A stretch of 64,000 nucleotides of DNA, from positions 57,350,001-57,414,000 of the forward strand of contig OZ024748.1 of assembly GCA_964016885.1 (NCBI GenBank). Direction: 5' to 3'. A program made the position numbers and the translations under genes. Below are positions 37,671 through 50,152 of the stretch, in pieces. The notes beneath the pieces were generated by a model. The model saw only the letters and a list, made by a program, of their open reading frames with translations, did no database searches and was not told the DNA's origin. This DNA comes from Eledone cirrhosa (Eukaryota). Position 1 is the first letter of the stretch; the number at the start of each line of letters is the position of its first letter.

Positions 37671-38002
37671 TCATCATCATTTTACGTCCGCTTTTCCCTG
37701 CTTGCAAGGGTGGGACGGGAACTGGTTCTGGCTTGATTTCTACAGCTGGATGCCCTTCCTAACACCAACCTCATTTACAGTGAGTGCTGGGTGCTTTTTT
37801 GCCGTGGCACCTCCACGACCACTTTGCAGTGGAATGATAGGGACTGGGGTCCCTATCATCTCATTTCTACAGCTGAGTAAACTGGAGCAATGTGAAATAA
37901 AGTGTCTTGCTCAAGGAAACAACACATCACCCGGTCTGAGAATTGAACTCACAACCTTTCGATTGCAAGGCCAATGCTCTAACCACTAAGCCATGTGCCT
38001 CC
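37671..38002 (-). mobile_element. tRNA-derived CORE-type SINE family B with RTE-derived 3' tail
   Basis: Head GGAGGCACATGGCTTAGTGGTTAGAGC..GAGTTCAATTCTC, CORE-like TTCCTTGAGCAAGACACTTT, tail CGTCCCACCCTTGCAAGCAGGGAAAAGCGGACGTAAAA(TGA)n. Confidence 0.85.
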
Positions 38003-38088
38003 ATATCATCATCATCATCATCATCAACGTTTAACGTCCGTGTTCCACGCTTGCATGGGTTTGGACGGGGGTAGTCCCACTTGAGGCA

Positions 38089-38143
<55 letters not shown>

Positions 38144-38910
38144 TGTATATATATATATATGCATGTATATATATATATATGCATGTATATATATATATAT
38201 GCATGTATATATATATATATGCATGTATATATATATATATGTGTGTATATATATATATATGCATGTATATATATATATATGTGTGTATATATATATGTGT
38301 GTATATGTATATATATATGTGTGTATATGTATATATATATGTGTGTATATGTATATATATATGTGTGTATATATATATATATATGTGTGTATATATATAT
38401 ATGTGTGTATATATATATATGTGTGTATATATATATATATGTGTGTATATATATATATATGTGTGTGTATATATATATGTGTGTATATATATGTGTGTAT
38501 ATATATATGTGTATATATATATATATATGTGTGTATGTATATTTGTGTGTGTGTGTATATATGGGAGGACACTTTAGTTGTCTCAAGGATATGACAGGCT
38601 CCCTAGTACTGGTGATCTGCATAATAAAAGCACCCAGTACATCCTGTAAAGTGGTTGGTGTTAGGAGGTTATCCAGTCATAGAAAGTGTTAGGAGGACCG
38701 TTTAGTTTGTGTCGAAAGACATGACAACTCTGCACTTGATATAACCGTATGTAAGTAGGATACCGACACCTTCAGCCTTCTGGGAGATCAGTAGCCCCAC
38801 TTCAGTACTAAGTTGGTTTATGTAGACCTGTCCAACCCATGCTATCAAGAATAGCAGATGTTTAATGATGACTATATATATATATTTATATATATATATA
38901 TATAATTAGA

Positions 38911-39247
38911 GGAGGCACATAGCTTAGTGGTTAGAGCATTGGCCTTGCAATCGAAAGGTTGTGAGTACAATTCTCAGACCGGGTGATGTGTTGTTGCCTT
39001 GAGCAAGACACTTTATTTCACATTGCTCCAGTTTACTCTGCTGTAGAAATGAGATGATAGGGACTGGGGTCCATATCATTCCACTGCAAAGTGGTCGTGG
39101 AAGTGCCACGGCAAAAAAGCACCCAGCACTCACTGTAAATGAGGTTGGTGTTAGGAAGGGCATCCATCTGTAGAAATCAAGCCAGAATCAGTTCCCTTCC
39201 CACCCTTGCAAGCAGGGTTAAGCGGACGTAAAATGATGATGATGATG

Positions 39248-39249
<2 letters not shown>
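38911..39249 (+). mobile_element. SINE family B full copy
   Basis: Reverse complement of 37671-38002. Confidence 0.85.
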
Positions 39250-39343
<94 letters not shown>

Positions 39344-39480
39344 TAAGTTAGTAAGGGTTGAATCGGGGGGAGGGGGTAACCATGATAAGTAAGGTACTCA
39401 ATACATAGCAGTATAAATGTTTTAATATAGAAGAGCTTCTACAGAACTAGAACTGTTTAATTCGTGAGAAATCATCAGGA

Positions 39481-39530
39481 AGCTTCCTGATGATTTTCAC
39501 AAATGAAACAGTTGTAGTCCTGTAGAAGCT
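39481..39530 (+). ncRNA. Type-I hammerhead motif in the right arm of a fold-back palindrome (39420-39544)
   Basis: AGCTTC-CTGATGA-TTTTCACAAAT-GAAA-CAG(TTGTAGTC)CTG-TA-GAAGCT; palindrome centred on GGAAGCTTCC. Confidence 0.65.
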
Positions 39531-40204
39531 CTTCTATATTAAAATATATATATATATAGATACATTAAAAATCAGCATGAGCAAGGTATGGTCTCCTGAT
39601 CTGAATTGTCTCATTACATGATAACCTATCAAACCCATGCAAGCGTGGACATTGGTCAATAAACGGTGATGATACTGAGAATGATATACATACCTGTACA
39701 CACACACACACACACACACACTTGTAGATATAAAGAGTAAGATAACAATGATACATACAAGTCAATGAGTGAGAATAAATGTTTCTATTTTTGGCACAAG
39801 TTCAGCAATTATTCTAGTGCATTACTGGTACTTTATTTTATCGACCCCGTAAGGATGAAAGGCAAAGTTAACCTCGGAAGGATTTAAACTCAGACCATAA
39901 GGGACGTAATTGTTTGCTGCAAAGCATGGCGTCCAACCCTCTACCGATACTGCCAGAGTGAGAGGGTAAGTGTGAGGAAGTAAAGAGTTTATTGGTCTAA
40001 TATACAAGTCTAACAAATTAAGTGGTTCTGAGAAACAGAGAAACTGTTTTAATTCCAAATGTAGAAAGAACAGACAAAGATTATGAGAAGATGTCATCGT
40101 TAGATGTGTAATGGAAGGAAAGCGGTACTATTAAATGACAAGAAGGAAGAAACGGAAGCAAAGCTTGAAGAATTAAGAATAATTGAAAGAATCCAAAATG
40201 AAAC

Positions 40205-40407
40205 TTAACCCTTTTGCATTTTCATTACTCTATATATGCTGTTATATTTGCATTATAAAGGCTTTACCTTACATATCTCACATTATACCGAATCTATGAG
40301 ATTTTGATATTATTTATTTTGGGAACAATACCTTAACATCAGTATGAGCAGCTGGTTTGAACAGAAAGAGGTGAGAGTATACAGCCGATTTGATGCTAAA
40401 GGGTTAA
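40205..40407. mobile_element. piggyBac-type MITE (copies also 48870-49638, 55496-55711, 61183-61411)
   Basis: Family termini TTAA|CCCTTTAGCATTTA...TAAATGCTAAAGGG|TTAA (slightly diverged in this copy) and shared ~200-bp interior. Confidence 0.75.
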
Positions 40408-41398
40408 ACCATACAATCTACTCTTTCATCTCTTTGTCATCACCATCTTATTTCTTTGAAAGAATGGTTATTAAATGGTGTTGAGATGTCCCTTCACTTG
40501 GCATTTGACAAGAGAATCTCTGAATGCTGGTGCTACAATAAATTGCTCCCTGTACCCTATGTAATGTGCCTGATGATTGAGCCGTGACAATTTAGAGTAG
40601 ATAGAAATCTTTCTTCTTGTTGAAGACAAGACAACATCTTTGGTGCCATGATCAAATTCATGCAATACAATTTGTAAAATGATTGCTTATGAGAAGGGAA
40701 ATCTGCTCATAGAAATTGCCAAAATCTGGAATGTATGTGTGTAAGATGGTCCCACATTCCATCTAAGTGGGCAGCTTCTCGGCCCAGTTTCCATTTACTC
40801 AAAGAGAGGGTTGAATCCGCGATTTAGGTTATAGACACTTTCCACGCTGTGGGATTGAACCTTGGACCACGTAGTTGTGAACTAAACTTATTAGCTTTAA
40901 CCATGCTATATCTCCAAAATCGACTGTCAATGCTGGTTACTTGTGAGGCAAATCCTACTTGGTTTATGCTCTTAAAAAAATTTATCAAAATGAATAATAA
41001 ATCCACAGCCATTAGTTGTGTCATGTTGCTGTGAGAGTTTTGTTTCATCCTAACCTTTATTAACGTAATGTAGTAAAATGGAGGATTATGGAATAACAAA
41101 TAAATGAAAAAATATAAACAAATAAATATTGCAAAACTATATTGTATACTCGAAGTTATCTCCCTTGTATTAGAGTTATTTCCCCTAGAGCTAAAAGTTA
41201 AGTAAACAATTCTCTCCTTCGATGCTTATTTCGTGACTGAAATTTTATTTACTTAATTAAGTATTACGCATAAATAATGTCAGGAGAAATACAGAAAAGA
41301 AAAGGAAAAAAGAAATTAAGAGACGAAAGAAAGTGAAAATGGGAACGAAGTGACAGACTTCACACTTCAGCATATACAGTGAAAACTATACTAAGTTA

Positions 41399-41599
41399 CG
41401 AGGACTGGCTGAAAAGTTTATAGGCTGACCAAAATACTCTCATGGAATGACCAAATGAGGTGTATTTTTTTTTAACTTAGTCCCTGGAAAGAAACAAAGC
41501 AGTCATTAATAAGAAGAGATGAAATTAATGTATGTAAGATTTCATAGCTCTAGCATCACTCCTTCAGAGTCAGCCTATGAAATTTTCAGTAGATCCTTG
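41399..41599. mobile_element. mariner-type MITE
   Basis: TA|CGAGGACTGGCTGAAAAGTTTATAGGCTGAC...GTCAGCCTATGAAATTTTCAGTAGATCCTTG|TA. Confidence 0.7.
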
Positions 41600-43594
41600 T
41601 AGATCTCACTCAGACGAGAGTTTGTACAATGTATTTTGCCAAAGACACAGGTCGATTCTAATCCTATGGGTTTTCAACGTAAGTTGATGAATACTACATG
41701 AAAGACTGCCAAATAATTAGCGTGACAGAAAAACCAGCTCGTACCGTACCTTTAGCCCAATTCTTAGATATAGATAGGTGCATTCAACCATAGGTGTGAC
41801 ATGAGGAACAGCAACACCACGGATAGTGTGAGTGTAAGGATACCTTACCTGAAAGAGTTCACGATCGGTGTTCATATGGATTACCAGAACACACCTCGAG
41901 GATGGTTATAAAGGTTTCTTTACACACACGCACATATATATATATATAAATATATATTTACGGAAATAAGACCGTTATTGCTCCAAACAGTCCACAAACA
42001 CTCAGTAAACACCCTAAACCGAATACCAACCTGCACTCATGACTCCTGTCAAACCAACCTTCACTTAACCTCCAAATTCGGCAAACGAAATGTGAACCCC
42101 CAACCTTCCTAAACTCAACATACGTAACTACAACATATGTAACTACAACATACGTAACTCAACATATGTAACTACAACAGCCATGCAACGAAGAAGACAG
42201 ACGTTATGAACCTGCAGCTGTTGTATTACATAGTCTCTACCACAAACAGCTTTGTGAAAGTTTGGGAAAGAAATTGAATATTACTTTCTACAATATGCTA
42301 ACTAATTAATACTCTTAGTTTTAAATATTTTGTAATTTAAAAATATCAATTTAAGTATTTAACAATATATTATTTTTAAATCTATAAAAAAATATTTGCA
42401 TCATTGTTGTTCTCTGACCTACAGAGAGGGTGTCTCCTCTTTCTTTTGATAATATAGAGGCCCCTGCTCCTTGGAGCTTGCTGGTTTCCTGCCAAATCTA
42501 TTATAACATTGCTAATTCTCTCATCTATCCTTTCATCATTCACATTGTATTCCGCTGCAGGTTGGACAATAGCCACTATGCCCTTGTATATACGTAGTCC
42601 TTGCTCCTCATTGATTTTTTTCTGCCTGCGTTTTTCTTGCAGTCTTCAACTTGTAATTATTCAATAAAGATTTTAACTTTGTCTCTCTTAGTGGTCTTAA
42701 AGAGCCTGAAGTAGCCATGATCTTCTGTTCCCTGCAGGTTGTACACTAGCCATTATGCCCAGTTCTTCCTCTACACTCATTTCCTTCCTGTTCCTGTTCA
42801 TGTTTTTCCTACAGTCTTCAACTTTCAATGATTCAATAAGAACATTAACTGTGTCTATCTCACTGGTTTCAAGGAGCCTGAGACATCCATGGGTACAGCC
42901 TTTTTTTCCAACTCTAATCAATACACACACATATGTGTTAGTGTGGTAATACCAGCATGTGTTTTAGTTGCTGCATTGCTGATTTCAACCACAGTATTGG
43001 ACTGGCACTTTATTTTTTACCTCAAAAGTTTGAAAATCAAAGTTTACCTCTGCAGGATTTGAACTCAGATCTTGGAGTGCAAAGAGCCAGAATGAATACC
43101 TCAAAGCACTCTATCTGATTTCTAGTGACTCTATCAATTTTTTGACTATATGGAGGATAAGAATTGCCTAAAGAAGCATGAAGCTGAAGAGGAAAACTAA
43201 TGAAGAAATGAGAAGTTGTGAATGCTTCTTTTAGAAGGTTGAATTCCAAAAAATATGACATAGAATCAGAAGTGGCAAAGTGTTATGCTGGAGTAAACCC
43301 CTTGAAACATTTCAAGTATAGCTAAAACCAATGTAAAATGATGATGATAATAATGGTGGGAGTGACATTCAAGATAAGATGTCATTTCAACAATCTTACA
43401 TGTAAATAATGAAATCAACCATAAAAACTTAGAAATTTATCAACATCTAAAGTAAAAGGTGGAAAATCATCTAAAAAGCAGATAAGTGTATGTAATATAA
43501 GGATTTCATTTAGATAAGGTGGTTTTATAGAGGTGAGGATAAAATAAAAATGGTGGTGAGGTGAGTTGTAGTTTTATACACACTAACTCTCACA

Positions 43595-44060
43595 CACTCT
43601 TTCTCTTTTCGTCTCTCTCTCCTACTCTTTCTCTCTCTTTTCTTCTCTCTCTATCCTTTCTTTCTCTCTCTTTTCAGCTCTTTCTCTCTCTTTTCAGCTC
43701 TTTCTCTCTCTCCTACTCTTTCTCTCTCTTTTCTTCTCTCTCTATCCTTTCTTTCTCTCTCTATCCTTTCTTTCTCTCTCCTACTCTTCCTCTCTCTCCT
43801 ACTCTTCCTCTCTCTCCTACTCTTCCTCTCTCTCCTACTCTTCCTCTTTCTCTCTCTTTTCTACTCTCTCCTACTCTTCCTCTTTCCTTCTCTCTCTCCC
43901 TCGCTCTAGCTATTTCTCTCCTATTCTTCTTCTTCCCTTCTCTCTCTCCTACTCTTTCTCTCTCTTTTCTACTCTCTCCTCTTCCTCTTTCCGTCTCTCT
44001 CCTAATCTTTTTTTCTGGTTTCTTTTCTCCCCCTCTCTCTCTCTCAACTACTCTTTCTTA
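43595..44060. repeat. CT-rich polypyrimidine low-complexity/minisatellite tract
   Basis: CTCTCTCCTACTCTTC-like units. Confidence 0.85.
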
Positions 44061-44140
44061 CTACCCACTCACTCACTGCCATGCTCACCCTCACTCTTTC
44101 ACACACACACATTATAAAATGACATTATTATTAATGTCAA

Positions 44141-44775
44141 GGGCGGTGGATTGACAGTATCGGTAGAGGGTCGGACGCCATGCTTTGAAGCATAGAGTTA
44201 CCGCCCTTTACGGTCTGAGTTCAAATCCTTCCGAGGTTAACTTTGCCTTTCATCCTTATGGGGTCGAGAAAATAAAGTACCAGTAATACACTGGGTATTT
44301 GCTGGCCTTGAGCCAAAAGTAGAAAAAATTATTAGGTGGATTGGCAGTATCGGTAGAGGGCCGGACACCATGCTTTGAGGAATAGAGTTACGGCCCTTGC
44401 CATTCTGAGTTCAAATCCCTTAACTTTGCCTTTCATTCTTACGGGGTTGATAAAATAAAGTACAAGTAATGTACTGGGTAATTGCTGGCCTTGTGCCAAA
44501 AGTAGAAACAATTATTATTGTTATTAGTGGATTGGCAATATCAGTAGAGGATCGGACGCCATGCTTTGCAGCATAGAGTTACGCCCCTTTATGGTTTGAG
44601 TTCAAATCCCACTGAGGTTAACTTTGCCTTTCATCCTTACGGGATCAATAAAATAAAGCACTAGTAATGCACTGGGGTAATTGCTGGGTTTGTACCACTG
44701 GGGTAATTGCTGGCTGTATACCACTGGGGTAATTGCTGGCTGTATACCACTGGGGTAATTGCTGGCTGTATACCA
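44141..44775 (+). mobile_element. Three head-to-tail SINE family A copies ending in a ~26-bp tandem repeat
   Basis: Heads at ~44141, ~44335, ~44527; CACTGGGGTAATTGCTGGCTGTATAC-like unit x4. Confidence 0.8.
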
Positions 44776-45107
44776 TTATATATAAAGTATTTAGGTGACA
44801 TAGCAGAGTAGTTAAAGTGTTGGATAGAATACCATGTAATATTTGTTCCAACTCTCTCTGAGTTCTTAGGTTAAATCCTGTCGAGCTGAACTTTACCATT
44901 CATTTTTCTCAGGTTGATAAATACTGGGATTTATTTCCTTCTGCCATTATTTTGCCACTTGTAATCAGGAGACTTCTGGCTTACTTGGTCCCTGGACTAC
45001 ATCCTTACTCATTATAATTGGGGTGGAGTGCTTTAAGAAATGCCATATGTCAATATGGCAGTTCTATGACTCCCCCAGGAAATACTACTCCATACCATAC
45101 CATTCAT

Positions 45108-45294
45108 CAGGCATGTCAAACATGCGGCCCTTTACAAATACATACGGCCCACACAAAGGCTTTTACAGTGTGAGCGTAATATAAAATAAAAAGAAATGCT
45201 AGGTGAAATGTGCACAATTAGTTTTCATGTGTGACCCTCAGACAATACATATGTGACACATGCAGCCCTCAGGGGACTCAGTTTGGCATGCCTA
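45108..45294. mobile_element. hAT (Charlie-like) MITE with 8-bp TSD
   Basis: TIRs CAGGCATGTCAAAC / GTTTGGCATGCCTA; TSD CCATTCAT / CCATACAT. Confidence 0.7.
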
Positions 45295-45384
45295 CCATAC
45301 ATAATCTCATATATCTCATTTTCTCACTTTATTTTCTAGATGATTTTTGAGTTTAACAGCTCTTAGAGTTTCCTTGAAGAGAGG

Positions 45385-45678
45385 ATGGCAGAAAAAGTTG
45401 GCTCTGGACTGACATATTGGTCAAAAATATGGACCCAAGTAGTTGAAGAGAACTCAATACCAACTTCTGAATTATCTTACCTACTTTCTAACAGTAACAG
45501 TGTATATTGTCCCCCATGTAGCAGATATCATGAGAAGGGATTTGATCACTGTCTTCATTGTGAAGAACTTCTACAATTAACAGTAGTACATATTCTTCTT
45601 CTGAGAGCTGAATCTGATGAAGGAATTAATAAGTTGGTATATTTGTTAGTCACCGAGCACAACATATGGCAGAAGCTA
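45385..45678 (+). CDS. LINS1: lines homolog, coding exon 1 (putative)
   Basis: Acceptor ttttctag near 45339, ATG at 45385, donor CTA|GTACGT phase 0 matches the next exon; little family similarity visible in this exon. Confidence 0.6.
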
Positions 45679-46011
45679 GTACGTATTGGTCTTTTGTTTC
45701 ATATTTATTATCATTATCATTATTAGCGGTGGATTGGCAGTATCGGTAGAGGGTTGGACGCCATGCTTTGTAGCATAGAGTTATGACCCTTTATGATCTG
45801 AGTTCAAATCCCGCCGAGGTTAACTTTGCCTTTCATCCTTACGGGGTTGATAAAATAATGTACCAGTAATGTACTGTGGTAATTGCTGGCCTTGTGACAA
45901 AAGTAGAAACAATTATTATTATAATTATTAGTCTTATTATAGTAGGGCGGTGGATTGGCAGTATTGGTAGAACGTTGGACAAAATACTCAACAGCATATA
46001 GTTATATCCGT

Positions 46012-46028
46012 TCTACTACTACTACTGA

Positions 46029-46062
<34 letters not shown>

Positions 46063-46097
46063 GATACTACTACTACTACTACTAATACTACTACTAA

Positions 46098-46146
<49 letters not shown>

Positions 46147-46445
46147 GATACTTGTTTGTTATTTGCTGGAGTAACTTTTTTTGTCTGTTTTCTAATTCAG
46201 GTTCATCGCATACTTGCACCGTCTGCATATATCTCTCATGTGACCTGTAATGTCTTGGTTTCCCTCATTACACTGAATACATTTGAGGTAAGATATATCC
46301 TGGGAATGTTTACTACTACTACTACTACTACTTCTACTACTACTACTTATTCTCCTTCTTCTACTACTACTACTACTACTTCTTCTTCTACTACTACTAC
46401 TACTACTACTAATACTCTTTCTACTACTACTACTACTACTACTAC
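46012..46445. repeat. (ACT)n trinucleotide arrays in two locally duplicated blocks
   Basis: ACT runs, each followed by TTGTTTGTTATTT..GGAGTAA..TTTTCTAATTCAGGTT. Confidence 0.85.
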
Positions 46446-47746
46446 CATCTTCACCACCATTTGTTTGTTATTTATTGGAGTAAGTTTTTCTGTTTATTTT
46501 CTAATTCAGGTTTATTGCTTACATACGTAGGATAGATATATACATATGCACACACCCACACATACACACATACATGTGTATGGATATATACATACACACA
46601 CACAGACACATATCTAACCCATGCTAGTATGGAAAGAATGGACATTAAATGATGATAAAAATGATGATGATGATATAGTAAACTGGTAAAACCCTATGGT
46701 ATTCACATTTACTTGAATTTAAAAAAAAAAACCCCAGAAAAACTTCACTAAAAGGGAATGAAACTGCATTCTATGCCCTTAACTTAATTCTTAGGGAATT
46801 TCAATGTGATAGCTTATTTGATAAGGGTGGTCTTACGAAAATCATGGGCAGAGGTGGTGAGAGCTGACCTCAGATTGCTGAATCTCATAGAGGAGATGAC
46901 GAAGGACCGGGATGAATTGAGAGATGCTATGCTGAATAGGACCCGTCCCACCGTTGCAAGCAGGGAAAAGATGACATAAAATGATGATTATGAAGGCATG
47001 TGTCAACCCAAGGTTATGTTAAATCACATTTGCCCATGATACCAAGTTGTGGGATTGAACACATTACTTATTGTTACTGAAACAAACTTCTTTGCCATTT
47101 GGCCATACTGCTTCAACTCTATTAAATTACATCCTATTGCATTTATATAATTGATAGGACATGGTCGCTTAGTGCCTCTTGGTAGTGAATTACATTGTTG
47201 GAAACTCTACTGTGAATTACATTGTTGGAAAATGTACTGTGTATGTGTATCTGGGTGTGTGTATATATGTATATAACCTTACATATGTATGTGTGTGTGT
47301 GTGTGTGTGTGTGCATATATATGTATATATCCTACATATGTATGTGTATAAATGTGTGTGTGTGTGCATATGTATGTATGTATGCATGTGTGTGTGTGTA
47401 TATGTGTGTGTGCATATGCATGTGTGTATATATATGTATGTGTGCATATGCATGTGTGTGTGTATACATATGTATGTTTGTATGTGTATGTGAATATGTA
47501 TGTACACATAACTATACATATATATATGTGTGTGTGTGTGTGTGGGCATGTCAGTTTAACTAACAACACTTAAAAGCAACCAATGACAAAGTAACGTAAT
47601 TTGAAAAAGTAAGGTAATTTGATTCAATTGATTTATCCTCACTTTGTTTTTCTTTATTTTTAATTTTCTATTCAATTACATTCTGGCTAATAAAACTATT
47701 ATTTGTTTCATTGTTTTTTTCTCTTTTCATCTATCTCCCATTCTAG

Positions 47747-48860
47747 TTCTTCACCAAAGAACACTTTGAAGAATTGCTATACCATTTACTTGGCAGTTGC
47801 CAATCAAAAGACAAAGTCTCTACTACATTCAGGCTGTTGAATAAAATGCTCAAAGCTAAACTCATCAAAGAATACAGCGAGATATGCTTGAATCTAATTG
47901 ACCAGCATTGGATGAACATTCTCATCAAATTCAAAGAGTATTCCTCTGAGAATGAATGTAATTCAGAATTTTTAAAACTATGGAAAACATTGATCAAAAA
48001 GCATGGTTTCATATGTGATACAAAATTACAAACATGTGATACTGCTCAGGCATTGTTGAAACATATGGACTATCTTATAGCCAGACTTGATAGCAATTCA
48101 ACTAATGGAAAATGGGTGTTAAAGAGTACATTACAGCTTTTTAATAAAGTATTGTCTTATAAAGAAGAATTGGCTATCCAGAAACATATTCCTCATTTCT
48201 ACTTGGTTACTTGTCAGCATTTACTAGCAGCCAGCATTTTTGGGAAATGCCTCCAAGCAATAGCAGACTACAGCAGCCATGATGGTTTTGGAGGATCAGA
48301 AGAAGAGTTTATTTTTCGACAAGATAATTCCAATAATTATAATGTCCATGGAGGTATTACTTCTAACTGCTGTATATCCAGCAATATTGATAAAGACTCT
48401 AGTCCTTCTTGGGACATTACTGCAGATATCTCTGATAAAGCTGGTATCTGCAGTGACACTGTAAACTGCACTAATGAATGTGTAGCCAATAATGGTATCA
48501 ATATTGACATTAATATTCAGTCAGATATGTCTTGCAGTGATATTAGTTATGATAAATGTAATATCTCCAACAGTATGAGCACAGACTACACATCAGTTAG
48601 AATAGAAGAGAAAACCTCTGATAGAAATATCACAGATGTTAAACATAAGATGATTGTTGAACAAAACAATATGGAGAGCAGCCAAGATACCACACATATT
48701 GCTAAAGACAGCACATTTATTGGTAATATCACAGTAGCCAGCAGCATTGATACAAGAGCTTCCAAACTACCTAATTTATCACTGTTACGTAGGTTGATAT
48801 TATTACAGGTCAACACATATGTTATTACTGTTAAACATCATGATCAAGTCTCAGAGCAAG
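47747..48860 (+). CDS. LINS1: lines homolog, coding exon 2
   Basis: Polypyrimidine+ttctag acceptor, open frame containing GFGG and LLRRLILL, strong donor AAG|GTAAGT phase 1. Confidence 0.8.
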
Positions 48861-48881
48861 GTAAGTTTATTAACACTTTAG

Positions 48882-49480
48882 CATTTACATTACTCTATAA
48901 TTACTATTGCATATTCATGGTAAAGGCTTTACCTCACATAACATTTACATCACTCTATATTTACTATTGCATATTCATGGTAAAGGCTTTACTTCACATA
49001 ACATTTACATTACTCTATATTTACTATTGCATATTCATGGTAAAGGCTTTACCTCACATAACATTTACATCACTCTATATTTACTATTGTATTTTCATGA
49101 TAAAGGCTTTACTTCACATAACATTTACATTACTCTATAATTACTATTGCATATTCATGGTAAAGGCTTTACCTCACATAACATTTACATCACTCTATAT
49201 TTACTATTGCACATTCATGATAAAGGCTTTACTTCACATAACATTTACATCACTCTATATTTACTATTGCATATTCATGGTAAAGGCTTTACCTCACATA
49301 ACATTTACATCACTCTATATTTACTATTGCATATTCATGGTAAAGGCTTTACCTCACATAACATTTACATCACTCTATATTTACTATTGCATATTCATGG
49401 TAAAGGCTTTACCTCACATAACATTTACATCACTCTATATTTACTATTGCATTTTCATGGTAAAGGCTTTACCTCACATA
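48882..49480. repeat. 60-bp minisatellite x10 amplified inside a piggyBac-type MITE
   Basis: Unit TTACTATTGCATATTCATGGTAAAGGCTTTACCTCACATAACATTTACATCACTCTATAT; single-unit equivalents in the other MITE copies. Confidence 0.95.
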
Positions 49481-50152
49481 ATTATCTCACATAATATAGA
49501 ATCTATGAGATCTTGATATTATTTATTTTGAGAACAATTCCTTAACATCAGTATGAGTGACCAATTACAGCCGGTTTGAACAGAAAGAAGTGAGAGAAGT
49601 CTTGCCGGATACAGCCGGTTTAAATGCTAAAGGGTTAAAAAAACCACATCTCAAAACCTTTAGTTTTATAGTTACTTGCAATATATATATATTGTAAACG
49701 TGGTTGGTGTTAGGAAGGGCATCCAGCCGTTGAAAACCCACCAGACAGTCCTATACGAGCAAGACAACCAATCTTGCCTCAAGTGGGAAAATTCCCGTCC
49801 AAACCCATGCAAGCGTGGAAGATCGACGTTAAACAATGATGATGATGATGATATATTACAAATATGTGATGATCTCTATATTTAACTAAGTTTTCATATA
49901 TACATGTATCTATTTTCCATGTTATTTACATATGTTTATATGTTTACATACATCCATCCATCCTAATATATACAGTACTCACTGGAAATGAGGTTGGCAT
50001 TAGGAAGGGCATCCAACTAGAAACCAAGCCAAAATCAGTTCTGTATGAGCAAGGAATGGTCACCTGACCTGGCATTGCTCACATCAGGACAACTCGTCTA
50101 ACCATGCTAGCGTGGAAAAATGGACGTTAAATGGTGATGAGGATTATATTTA

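Noticed and set aside
35709-38692. Many YIYI/VCVC/HTHT ORFs (also ~20600-21200, 25150-25400, 47180-47570, 56540-57080)
   Set aside because: Translations of (TA)n/(TG)n microsatellites
38911-38985. tRNA gene
   Set aside because: tRNA-like head continues into SINE core and tail in five copies; no proper acceptor stem
40471-41860. Minus-strand gene suggested by donor CAG|GTAAGG at ~41850 and acceptor at ~40726
   Set aside because: No recognisable coding frame; isolated splice-like motifs are insufficient
42382-42930. Minus-strand ORFs with ~175-bp degenerate repeats
   Set aside because: No recognisable protein family or splice structure; probably decayed repeat
43561-46530. Ser/Leu-rich (43561-44154) and poly-Thr (45955-46530) ORFs
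   Set aside because: Translations of CT-rich and (ACT)n repeats, with no splice or homology support
48882-49480. CRISPR-like array
   Set aside because: Pure 60-bp tandem units without unique spacers, in eukaryotic DNA, with no cas genes
47774-49516. 580-aa ORF as a stand-alone gene with a repeat membrane domain
   Set aside because: A strong donor at 48860 splices in phase to 53783; the remainder is MITE-derived minisatellite
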